NCBI GenBank assembly: GCA_951406725.2
Contig: OX597814.1
Coordinates: 59,024,001-59,088,000, forward strand
Direction: 5' to 3'
Source: Octopus vulgaris
Lineage: Eukaryota
DNA: 64,000 bases
Shown: positions 1 through 10,745 of the stretch, piece by piece
Layout: each line of letters starts with the position of its first letter
Numbering within the stretch: position 1 is the stretch's first letter
Position numbers and translations under genes: made by a program
Notes under the pieces: model-generated
What the model was told of the DNA's origin: nothing
The model's database searches: none
What the model saw: the letters and a program-made list of their open reading frames with translations, nothing else

Positions 1-560
1 AGAAGTGAAACCGCGCGTGAAACAAAATCTTCACTCGCGTAAAACGATGTTGTGTGTATGGTGGGGCTGGGAAGGGATTATCCATTACGAATTGCTTGAA
101 CGGAACCAAACGGTCAACGCGGAACTCTATGTTCAACACATGGAATGACTCAACACGGCTATTCAAGAGAAAAGACCCAATCGACAGCATGGAGTTCGTT
201 TGCTGAAAGAAGACGCTCTCCCTCGTATCCCCAAATATGACCAAGTAAGCCATACAAACTCATGGCTGGGAAGTGCTGCCACACATGCCGTACTCTCCTG
301 ATTTGGCACCAAAAAATTTCCACCTCTTTCGATCTCTTTCAAATGCTATGCGTAGAGTTTCGTTCAATACTGATGGCGAATTGAGAGTTTGTTTGGATTA
401 ATTGTTCAAGTGGAATTCGGGTGATTTCTACCAAGGAGGTATTGAAAATCTCGTTGAACGTTGGGAAGAAGTTGTAAACAAGGTGCCTGTACATCACTAT
501 TAAACCTTTTAAAAAATTAAAATGTAAAAGAACGGCGTGATCTTGGTTGCCAACCCAATA
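1..560 (+). mobile_element. Mariner-family DNA transposon, 3' part (decayed transposase plus right TIR); element runs off the window start
   Basis: Frame from base 2 reads ...LHSRKTMLCVWWGWEGIIHYELLERNQTVNAELYVQHME* and, after a frameshift, GWEVLPHMPYSPDLAPKNFHLFRSL (mariner YSPDLAP motif). Ends in TIR-like ...GGTTGCCAACCCAA followed by TA at 559-560. Confidence 0.9.
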
Positions 561-1546
561 CTTGAAGCATTGTTGCATGTTAGAAATTATATTCACTGAG
601 AAGTCACATGTACTTTCTAAAGAGATTAGTTGAAAGAATAGTTGAACGTAAAACATTTGCGAAGCTGCGAAAAGTTAATTTCTTATCTGACACTTGTTTC
701 AAATAATGTTCATATCAAGAAGAAATACTGTGGAGACAATTGAACTAGATATAGAAATAAACAAAATCTAGGGTTCTACGATGTTGAAAATGTACGTCTG
801 GAAAATTTTTCTTTTTGAACACACTTGTGAATTAGGAAATTTTGAGATATTGATTTCGATAGGTGTTTTACAACCCAAGTTTCAATAAAACGTATGCATT
901 TCGCAACAGAGAAAAGAAAATATAGTAACACTTAACATTATAAATCATACAATATTGCAAGATATAAAGAAACACGTATAACATGAGATGCTACTGATAG
1001 ACTCTGCATTAGTAACAAAATGTAAAATAAATATACAACGAAAATGTAGTAACGTGCGAAATTGCAATATAAAAAATTGAAATAAGGGGATGATACCAAA
1101 TTAATAAAAATATAGAAACAAGATCGGAACGGACATTATTCTTATAAATTCAAATACAGCCTTAAATCAGAAGTGCTCACACAGAGATACGAAGTATGTC
1201 ATCCCACTGCCTAGTTTCACATTGTTGCTCCTTTCATTGCTTTTCAGTGCTGTAGAGTATCAAAGACATAAGTAGTAATTTCCTGAAACTAAGTAGATTT
1301 ATTCCGTTGACAGACACGATGAAGTTAAGGAGAATTATTGATCGAGTTATGTGGATGACAGAGAGCTCAATATCTTATCGAATCAGCCACACACAGCTGT
1401 CCTCTTCCCAAGACGCCTACTTCTCAGATACACTGGGTCGATCCATAATGTCAATTATTAGCATATGCATGTCTTCTAAATTTTTGCTGATGGTGATAAT
1501 GCAATTGATATGTTATTTTAGATTAATTGCGGCTGTGTGGTAAGTA

Positions 1547-4500
1547 ATAATAATAATGTTCGCCCTTCGGGTTCGAAGATGATCATTGACATTATTTGGT
1601 GGAATTGCTGCTATGAGACCGGAGGAGGCTGGTGAGGCCAATCCGGGCAAGAATGCCCCTTCCACAAGTGGGGAAGAAGTGGGTAGGGGCTGTGCTATTG
1701 GTGCAGGTGGCTCTGGCTTTCCGCATCTGGCGTTTATGTTCTGCTGACTGAATCCGTCTCTCCTCGGCTGTCTTTGCTCCTGTCGTGATTGCGCTGCGCC
1801 AGGATGAGCGGTCGGCAGCAATGTCTCCCAAGTCTCTGTGCCGATGGAGAAGTCTTTGAGAGAGACTTTGCGACTGTCCTTGAAGCGCTTCTTCTGCCCT
1901 CCGACTTTGCGTTTGCCCTGGCTGAGTTCACCGTAGAAGAGCTGTTTTGGGGTGCGAGTGTCGGACATGCGGGAGACGTGGCCTGCCCATCTCAGCTGGG
2001 CCTTGCGCATGGTCGTGATAGTGCTAGGGAGATCTGCCTGCTTCAGAACTTCCGTGTCTGGGACTTTGTCCTGCCAGCGGATGTGAAGGAGGTTCCGAAG
2101 ACACCTGAGATGGAAGTGGTTTATCTGGCGCTCGTGCCTTCGGTAAGCAGTCCACGTCTCGCAGCCGTATAATAGGGTGGTAAGCACGACTGCCCAGTAG
2201 ACTTTCAGCTTGGTGTTGAGGCTGATTCCTCTCCGCTCCCAGACTTTCTTTCGCAGTCTCCGAAACGCGCTGCTTGCCTTGGAGATTATGTTGACGATTT
2301 CAGCATCTATGTTGGCATTGCAGGAGAGAGTGCTGCCCAGGTAGGGGAAGTTTTCCACCGCTCGTAGGCTCCGTCCGTTCACCTTTATCTGAGGCTCATG
2401 GTATTGTTTGTCAGGGGCTGGCTGAAACAACACTTCGGTTTTCTTGTCACTGATGGTGAGACCGAAGTTGTCACAGGCTGATGAGAACCTGTCCATCCCG
2501 AGCAGCATCTCCTGCTCATCGATTGCGTTAAGGGCGCAGTCGTCAGCAAAGAGAAAGTCTCTGACGACTGTCTCTCCCACCTTTGTGACGGCCTGCAATC
2601 ATCTGGAGTTGAAAAAATTCCCGTCCGTTCTGTACTTGATGTCGATACCGGACTTGCAGTCCCTGAAGGCGTCGGACAGCGTTGCCGAGAACATGATGCT
2701 GAACAGTGTTGGGGCCAGGACACAGCCCTGCCTGACTCCGTTGATCACCTGGAGGACTTCAGATGAGTTGCCGTCTTCAAGGACTCTGGCTGTCAGTCCG
2801 TCGTGGAACTGGCGGACAATTGCAATAAATTTGCTGGGGCAACCAAATTTTCCCATGACCTTCCAGAGTCCCTCCCGACTGACTGTATCGAAAGCCCTAG
2901 TGAGGTAAACCAAAGGTTATGCAGAGGTCAAGATGCTGCTCTATGCATTTCTCCTGGAGCTGGCGGGCGGTGAATATCATGTCAGTGGTCCCTCGACCCG
3001 CGCGGAAGCCACACTGGCTCTCGGGGAGAAGGCCTTGCTCCAAGTGTTCCAGAAGGCGGTCAAGCAGGACTCGGGCCAGGATCTTGCCTGCTATGGACAA
3101 GAGAGAGATTCCTCGGTGGTTGTCGCAGGACTCTCGATCTCCTTTCCGCTTATGAATGTGGACGATTGTTGCATCCCGGAAATATTGAGGGAGTTGTTCC
3201 TTGCCCCACATCGACTGGAACAGGCTGGTGAGTTGACTGATCATGGTGGGGCCGCCCGACTTGAACACCTCTGTAGGGATGGTGTCAGAGCCTGGAGCTT
3301 TGCCGGTGGACATTTTTTTGATGGCTCTGCTCACTTCCTTGACTGCAGGGGGAACAGCCAGCTCGTGGTTTGTCGGCACCTGGAGGAGTCGTGCGATGGC
3401 TTCCTCGTTGATCTGGGCTGGTCGGTTGAGCACGATGTTGAAATGCTCCGCCCATCTCTCCAGGATCAACCTCTTGTTAGTCAGGAGTAAGGTTCCATCC
3501 GAGTTGAGCAGGGGGTTGATCCAAAGGAGGAATGTGACCCATAGACAGCTTTCAGCGCCTCGTAGAATTTCTTGGTGTCGTGTTTGTCTACGTATCCCTG
3601 AATCTCATCCGCCTTGGCGCTTAACCATGTGTCTTGCATGAGGCGGAGTTTTGCCTGGACTGTGCTGCGAATGTTGTTGAAAGCAGCCTTCTTTGCCGTG
3701 CAGGTGGTGTCATTTTGGTGGGCTCGCAGCAGACGGCGTTTCTCTTCCAGGAGCTTTTGGATTTCCTGGTCGTTTTCGTCGAACCAGTCCTGGTGGTTCC
3801 CCGTAACTTGGCCTAGAGTTTCAAGGGCGATGGAATGAACCATGTCCCTGAATGATTCCCACTGCTCATCGATGCTGGACTGGTCATTCCGAATGTCCAA
3901 CCGCTTGCTGTCCATACGTGACTGGAGATCTTGTGCAGTCAGCTGGTTCTTTAATTTCGTGATGTTGAGCTTCCTCGTCACTTTCTGACCTCTTAGGTTG
4001 GATGTAGAAATCCATCCTGGAGATGATGAGGCGATGGTCCGTCCAGCAATCAGCTCCACACATGGCTTTGACCAGTCTCACGTCCCGCCTGTCTTTCGCC
4101 CTGACGATGACGTAATCTATCAGATGCCAGTGTTTGGAGCGTGGATGCATCCATGATGTCTTGTTGCGCGTTGGCAGACGGAACAAGGTGTTGGCGATGG
4201 TAAGATCATGAGAGGCCCACGCCCGCAGGAGGAGCTGCCCGTTGTTGTTGCACTTTCCGATTCCGTGATTTCCCAGCACGCGATGCCAGGCTTGGTGGTC
4301 AGTCCCGACACGGGCGTTAAAGTCCCCAAGGAGGATGAGCTTCCCAGGCTTGGCTGACGTGATGAGGGAGTCGAGTTCCTCATAGAACCTGTCCTTAACT
4401 TCTTTAGGGTTGGTCATGGTGGGGGCGTAAGCGCTGATGATGGTCGCACTAGTCTTGTTTCCAAGTGGGAGCTGCATCTTCATCAGCCGATCGTTGATAC

Positions 4501-5507
4501 CCTCGGGGGAGCTTTCCAGTTTCCGCACGTGTACTGACTTGATGGCAAAACCAACACCAGCCTGACGACGCTCTTCGCTGCTGCGACCACTCCAAAAGAA
4601 AGTGTAGCCGCCGCCTGTCTCTGTCAGCTGGCCTTTGTCCGTAAGGCGGGTCTCGCTCAGTGCTGCGATATCGACATTGTATCGGCTCAGTTCTCTGGCC
4701 ACCAGGGAAGTTCGTCTCTCTGGTCTGTCGGCTTTGGTGTTGTCAAGCAGAGTTCTCACGTTCCAAGTTGCGAAAGTGAGCACCTTTGTTCGTTTCTTTC
4801 TTTGTTTCGACCGCTTGGAAAGGATCCCCGCCAGCCGCGGTTTGCTGACCAGGGTGAGGTGAGGCAGGCTATGTTTAGGGCAACCTTTTCTAGCCCCGTC
4901 CTCATGCTGCGGAGGCGAGCAGAGCGATCCTGAAGAGGGCTGCTCGGTCACTCAGGAGGCTGCCGGACTCCACTAGTGCCTCAGTTCAGTAAGGGGCGAC
5001 CACATGTCCTGAGCCGCCTGCGTGTGGGTTCACTACCGCAGCTCCCAGTGTATCTTCACCTGCTACTTCGCCGTTTCCCCATCGCACAGGACTTTGTGAT
5101 GTTGGTGTCATGACGTGCGCGTGACTTTGATTATAGTGAGATTGACTTGCGCAGGATCAGCCTCACTCTCTCGTCCTGGTGCGTCGGATCCAGTGGGAAG
5201 ACAAAGTCAAGACGGCTAGGGGTAGACCAGGATGCAGGAGCTGCCGGAAGGTGGCACGCATGGCGCAATCCAACCGCCTTAGGGGCTCCACTCCGGATTT
5301 ATGTAGGTTTTTGGATGGCCATTGACTCATGAGAGAGTTCCTCTGCCCTTTGACAGGTTTTCTTGTTAGTCCTGCTGTGCGTCCAAATCACCCTCCTTAC
5401 CAAGAAATCTTGGTGGGGTTGCCAGTTTAGTCGCCAACGACCTGACCATGTAACAGGTTGTACTGGGTTACATGTTACCGGTAGCTCCAAGCGGAGACCT
5501 GACTATA
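1547..5507 (-). mobile_element. Full-length RTE-clade non-LTR retrotransposon (APE + RT), ORF broken by frameshifts/stops; 13-bp TSD; short (ATT)n tail
   Basis: APE motifs TWNVRTL, SAYAPT, GDFNA, IDYVI, TDHRL. RT motifs NHRGISLLSIAGKILARV, QCGFRAGRG, GVRQGCVLAPTLF, LFADD, FPYLGS. C-terminal PTCGRGILARIGLTSLLRSH resembles a decayed C2H2. TGTGTGGTAAGTA is duplicated at 1534-1546 and 5508-5520. Confidence 0.95.
1592..4951 (-). pseudogene. Disrupted RTE endonuclease/reverse-transcriptase ORF
   Basis: ORF-track pieces 3884-4951, 3481-4059, 2897-3469, 2599-2913, 1513-2598 and 1592-1831 are collinear segments of one APE-RT protein, split by frameshifts and a stop. Confidence 0.92.
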
Positions 5508-5866
5508 TGTGTGGTAAGTAGCTTGCTTACCAACCGCATGGTTCCGGGTTCAGTCCATCTGCGTAGCATCTTGGGCAAGTGACTTCTACTATAGCCTCGG
5601 GCCGACCAAAGCATTGTGAGTGGATTTGGTAGACGGAAACTGAAAGAAGCCCGTCGTATATATGTATATATATTTATATGTGTGTGTGTATGTTTGTGTA
5701 TCTGTGTTTGTCCCACTAGCATTGACGACCGATGCTGGTGTGTTTACGTCGCCGTCAATTAGCGGTTCGGCAAAAGAGACCGATAGAGTAAGTACTGGGC
5801 TTCCAAAGAATAAGTCCCGGGGTCGATTTGCTCGACTAAAGGCGGTACTCCAGCATGGCCGCAGTC
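5508..5866 (+). mobile_element. tRNA-derived SINE (octopus-type) split by the RTE; 5' stub at ~1530-1546
   Basis: Rejoining the TSD gives A-box-like GGCTGTGTGGTAAG and B-box GGTTCAGTCC (5547-5556). Body includes TTGGGCAAGTGACTTCTACTATAGCC...GACGGAAACTGAAAGAAGCCCGTCG, an internal TA/TG microsatellite and tail ...CCAGCATGGCCGCAGTC. Confidence 0.85.
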
Positions 5867-5956
5867 TCTTTTACTCTTTTACTTGTTTCAGTCATTTGAC
5901 TGCGGCCATGCTGGAGCACCGCCTTTAGTCGAGCAAATCGACCCCGGGACTTATTC

Positions 5957-5959
<3 letters not shown>
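5805..5959. repeat. 62-bp inverted repeat of the SINE tail with 31-nt spacer
   Basis: 5805-5866 is the reverse complement of 5898-5959 with one mismatch. Confidence 0.95.
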
Positions 5960-6000
<41 letters not shown>

Positions 6001-6003
<3 letters not shown>

Positions 6004-6234
6004 TTTATTAAGCGGCATCGACTTTTAGAATCCTATAAATAATAGTAATGGTATTTTTATAAAATTGAAGCTTATAAGCGATTACCGCGCAATGGTTAAA
6101 GAAAATAGTCTAATATAAGCCCTTGACTGATAAAATTAGGTTTTCCCGTACGCGTGGGGCACGAACCCAGATCTCTTTGTTTTCGAGAAAAGAACGCGCG
6201 ATGATCGCTTATAATCTTTCAGCTTATAAATGCA

Positions 6235-6306
<72 letters not shown>

Positions 6307-6630
6307 GTTATTATTACTATTTAGAGAATTGTAAAAATCGACGCCGCTTAACAAAAACCATCGCAGTAAAAGCACATGAATTTTAGTTTACAAAAACATT
6401 ACGAACTAATTATATTTCTTAAATCTAACAGCATAAAGAGGGTTGTGCGCTAGTGTAATGGTAGCAGTCTTGTCACGAAAGCAAATGAGTGTCGTTTCGA
6501 GCTCCACACGTACGGAAAAAGCTACGATTTTTTTCGTCGAGGGTTTTTATGCCACATTATTAGACTATTTTCTTTAGATATTGTGCAATGCACGCTTATA
6601 AGCTCCAAGCTTATAAAAATACTATTATTG
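6001..6630. repeat. Unclassified repeat in partial-tandem plus inverted arrangement, with an internal tRNA-like (Pol III) module and (ATT)n
   Basis: 6001-6050 is inverted relative to 6310-6358, and 6050-6195 is inverted relative to ~6467-6622. 6195-6240 directly repeats ~6583-6628. A/B-box-like TAGTGTAATGGTAGCA...GTTTCGAGCTCC at ~6451-6505. Confidence 0.65.
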
Positions 6631-7695
6631 TTCTTTATATAATATATGTGTGTGTTTGTGTGTCTGTGTGTACATGGATATTATAATGAATGAAGAAGTG
6701 CGGGACTATGTCCAGTTTATTTTTTCCCCACGTTATTAAAAAATGTATTAGAAGAAATTATAAATGAATAGTTAAAAAATTAAAACTATAAGGCATATTT
6801 GTATATAAAGTATAATGTTTATTTCAAGATTCGCTTCTGTTTTAAATATCAACTTCCGTTTGAATTCCATATATAAAAAATATTTTTCCTTCGCGTCCTT
6901 AAAAAGATGCAATAAAAACAATAATCCCTATATAACAGAATTAACTTTTTAAACTGTGTTAGACTGCGGTCATGCTGGAGTACCACCTTCAAAATTTTAT
7001 ATCAATATCATCTCCCAACACCATTCTTCGCACATTGTCAAATATGTGTTGCAGTATCAAGAGCGCCAAATATAAATATATAAAAGTATTAAGAAATAAA
7101 TGAAAAGGGTCCATTTGCTAACAGTTGTGTCTGCACAAATTCTACAGTGATGTGAGGCAGTCATTACTCTCTTTTAATTGAAATGTATTTAAATTTCTTT
7201 ATAATTGCTAGGAAAGGGACACTAGAAACACTTAAGACGTCTATAAGCGAATATAATAAAACAACATAGCAAAACTCAACTCTTCATATTGGTAAATGTA
7301 ATTCGTTAATTGCCACCAGAACATCTATTTTCAAATTTACTCAAGTGAAGATAAATGAGCATTTCCACCTGACAGTCCCATCTCTTTTCCAACTTTCATT
7401 ATCATTTTTTTAAATGTATCATGGATTATTTTACTGATTACAGAATAAACTATAGCTGAGTCTCTGTTCAATTCATGAGCATATTGCCTATTTACTCTAT
7501 AAATTATGCATCATATCTATATGTATATATGATACCAATATGCGCAAAACTTATATGCTAGCTGAAAACCGCCAGGAGGGTGGCTTTTCTTCTCGTAATA
7601 ATGATTAAATGTAACAACAAAAGAATGAGACCTCGATATTAGGGAAGTAGGGAATTATTTATTTGTGTTATGATTTAGTACAAGCAGTAAAGTTG

Positions 7696-7752
7696 TAGTA
7701 CAAGGAGTTTCCAATGTCGGAGTGAAGAGTCACGATACATTTTCATCGGCTA
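7696..7752 (-). ncRNA. Candidate variant type-I hammerhead ribozyme in a PLE-like pseudo-LTR remnant (~7560-7830)
   Basis: Minus strand: TAG-CCGATGA-A-AATGT[loop]ACATT-G-GAAA-C-TCCTT-G-TA-CTA. Stem I TAG/CTA, stem II AATGT/ACATT. The core reads CCGATGA instead of CTGATGA. Confidence 0.45.
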
Positions 7753-8114
7753 TTAATGGTAAGAGATGCTGTGAAAAACTGTTTAATAAAAGGGAACTCT
7801 AATAGATGGAAAATATGGACAAAAAGATAAAAGATCTACGCAAACATATTCCTATAATACATAAATTTAAACCACCTGCGTTCAAAACGACTACATACGT
7901 ACAAACTCACAAAAACATGTATACATACATGTACACACAAACAGACAAGTATATATGTATGTACGTACTCATGCATACAAACATATCCATGCACACACAC
8001 GCACACATGTATATATATGTACGCAACCTCATCCTCACATAGACATAGTTGCTTGTATGCATACACGTTTCATAATACGCATACATTTAAACAATTAAAC
8101 ACACACACACACAT

Positions 8115-8172
<58 letters not shown>

Positions 8173-8404
8173 TTATATATATATCAATATCTACATATAC
8201 CAATCATACTCATATGTCCATGTACACATGCATACCCATATATACGTGTATCTGTAGGTATTATCGCCCCTGTAAACTCAGGTGTATATACTTTTCATAC
8301 ATACATACATTCACATATACACATACATACATACGTACACGCATACACACACACGTACATATACACGCACCTATGCATGCACGCATATACACGTGAATAT
8401 AATT

Positions 8405-8690
8405 AGATAGTTGTGATATTCGAGTATGAATGAGGAATTAGATAGGGATTAGGATTTAAAATGTAGATTTATAAGGTTATTGGGATTACCTAAGGGTTAT
8501 TGTGGAAATATGGTCGTTTAGGTATTTGGATTTGTGGTCGAATTTGAATGTGTCGAAAAAGCGTTGGTTGCATGTGCTAGTTCTTCCTTATGTTTATTTA
8601 GCGGAGCTGAAGTGTTATGTTTCAATATGTGAAGCGTCTCCCCCAGGCAAAGTTTGCAGGTTGAGCGTTGACCTCGGTAGCGAAGCCTAT
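8405..8690 (-). mobile_element. Penelope-like element fragment: C-terminal end of GIY-YIG endonuclease and start of 3' UTR
   Basis: Translation RSTCKLCLGETLHILKHNTSAPLNKHKEE fits the CxLCLxExxxI...LNxxxE tail of PLE GIY-YIG domains; it directly abuts the 8688-9217 palindrome. Confidence 0.65.
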
Positions 8691-9217
8691 GTATACATAT
8701 GTATATATTAGACATATATATAAATATATATATATATAACGTAAAGTATACTAGCCATCTCAATATAGCTAACCACAAAGGGTGGGTATTATTGTAGCTT
8801 TTAGCCCCAGGAGATCATCATCTCCAGCTGGCTTTAGGCACACTTTCTGTGCACTTATGATACTTGCAAAGGGAGGTCATCCCTCTCGCGTAAACCTAAG
8901 TGATACGCACGGACTGCAGTTTCGAGGCAAATACCTCGAAACTGCAGTCCGTGCGTATCACTTAGGTTTACGCGAGAGGGATGATCTCCCTTTGCAAATA
9001 TAAGAGCACAGACAGAAAGTGTGCCTAAAGCCAGCTGGAGACGATGATCTCCTGGGGCTAAAAGCTACAGTAACACCCACCCTTAGTGGTTAGCCATATT
9101 GAGATGGCTAGTATACTTTACGTTGTCGAGCAGTTACTGTTTACATCTCGTTTAGAGATTTATTATTGCTTATATATATATATATTTATATGTCTAACAT
9201 ATACATATGTATACATA
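8688..9217. repeat. Near-perfect long palindrome (core 8738-9124, ~190-bp arms, 6-nt loop), probable PLE pseudo-LTR fold-back
   Basis: Centre GACTGCAGTTTC-GAGG-CAAATA-CCTC-GAAACTGCAGTC. The arms match out to AACGTAAAGTATACTAGCC / GGCTAGTATACTTTACGTT; outer arms lie at 8688-8737 and ~9170-9217. Confidence 0.93.
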
Positions 9218-9856
9218 TTCACATATATATTTTCTACTACTAAGCATTGCCCTGTCCAATCAACTAATCTATATTCCTAAATTCTTCATTCGATACTACT
9301 AACCCTCTCTCTGCCCCATCACGTAGACTCTATCACTACATAACTGACACTTATTTACTTTTTATACCCCTCTCTCTCTCTCTCTCTATCACCCTCATCT
9401 CCCCATTCCTACTTTTAAATTATCTTGACTGTCCACTAACTAGTACAGTTTCCCTTATTATCTCTCTCCTTTTTTCTTTTTTATTTTTTCACACTATTCT
9501 TTATTCCTCTCTCCCTGTTTTTCTTCTTTTTTTCTTTTTCTTCGCTATTTTCCTGTTTTTTCTTTTTTATTCCTCTCTTCCTGTTTTCGATTTCACCTTA
9601 CAAATGCATTCCCTTTTGGGACACTTTAAATAAAACCCTTGATACAATAGCACTGTGTAAAAACTCTATACTTGGAGTGACCAATTTAAAATACTATTGG
9701 ATTTTATTCATAAGGTATTGGAATTTTATACGTATACCATTCTGCCTAAATAATCAATCTACAAATACAATATCCCTGCATATCTCACATCTATTTTCAC
9801 TCCTCTACTTCACTCTCTATTTTCGCATCTTATCTGAATTAACTATTGCTTAGCCA

Positions 9857-9908
9857 TTTTCTCTGATGAAGGGATATAATAAATATCCTGGAAACAGCTG
9901 TAAGACCA
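9857..9908 (+). ncRNA. Candidate minimal type-I hammerhead ribozyme (PLE type) within a pseudo-LTR-like region (~9240-10110)
   Basis: TCT-CTGATGA(9863-9869)-AGGGATAT-AATAA-ATATCCTG-GAAA(9891-9894)-C-AGCT-G-TA-AGA. Intact core, palindromic stem III (ACAGCTGT), 3-bp stem I TCT/AGA, predicted GUA cleavage after 9902. Confidence 0.7.
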
Positions 9909-10244
9909 TCTATGTATAAATGTTCTAAAATGTTCACAGCCTTGGTTTTTTTAAATCTCATTCTGAAAACAGAATTTATACATATATATGATATACATAA
10001 ACCCGTTTTATATGCATGTCTCACTGGGTATGTTGGGACACTGCTTAGGAGGTTTTACTACAACAACTCAACCGCAGTAGTTATTTAAATATGGTATTTA
10101 TGATGACAGTCCTTTTTCCGAACCATGTAACAAACTGAAACCTGTTGTCAAGTGGAAGGTGGTACTACAAACCCAAATTTAGAGCAACACGTTCACGCAT
10201 ACATAGATACATTCCGACACACGCACACTTGTACGTTACTAGAC

Positions 10245-10358
10245 ATTTTCAGTTTCTATCAAACAAATTCACCGAAGTTGTTCGTCGTCCCGGAGGCTAT
10301 AGTAGAATACACTCTTCTCAGGTGCTTCAAAGTGAGATAAAACCCCAAACCACGTAGT
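10245..10358 (-). mobile_element. Old degenerate copy of the SINE family seen at 5508
   Basis: TTTCAGTTTCTATC...GAGGCTATAGTAGAATACAC...AGGTGC resembles the reverse complement of 5540-5645. Confidence 0.6.
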
Positions 10359-10506
10359 TATAAAAAGAGGAAAGGCAAAGCTGACCTTCATGTATAAAAT
10401 GTACATGTAGCTATATATGCATACGATGTGTAAGTGTATATGTGGAGAGAAGAGTAAAGGGAATAATTAAGATCAACATCACAAATGGAGCAAAATAGGA
10501 TGACAA

Positions 10507-10745
10507 AGAAGAAGAAGAAGAAGAAGAAGAAGAAGAAGAAGAAGAAGAAGAAGAAGAAATAGTGGTAGTAAAGGAAGAAGAAGAAGAAAAAGGAGAAGAA
10601 GAAATAGTACTAGTAGAGGAAGAAGAAGAAGAAGAAGAAGAAGGTTTTGGTTGTGGTTGTGGTGTTGTAGTTGTGGTGGTGATGGTTGTGGTGGTGATGG
10701 CGGTCGTGTTGATCTTAATTAGGATGATGGTGGTGATGATGAAAA
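10507..10745. repeat. Compound (GAA)n / (GGT,GAT)n microsatellite
   Basis: Direct reading; it generates the poly-E and poly-S ORFs. Confidence 0.9.

Noticed and set aside
1789-3641. Plus-strand ORFs overlapping the RTE
   Set aside because: Antisense shadows of a GC-rich coding sequence; no independent motifs.
6440-6520. Possible tRNA gene
   Set aside because: A/B-box-like motifs are present, but I could not form a proper acceptor stem or cloverleaf; treated as a repeat-borne tRNA-like module.
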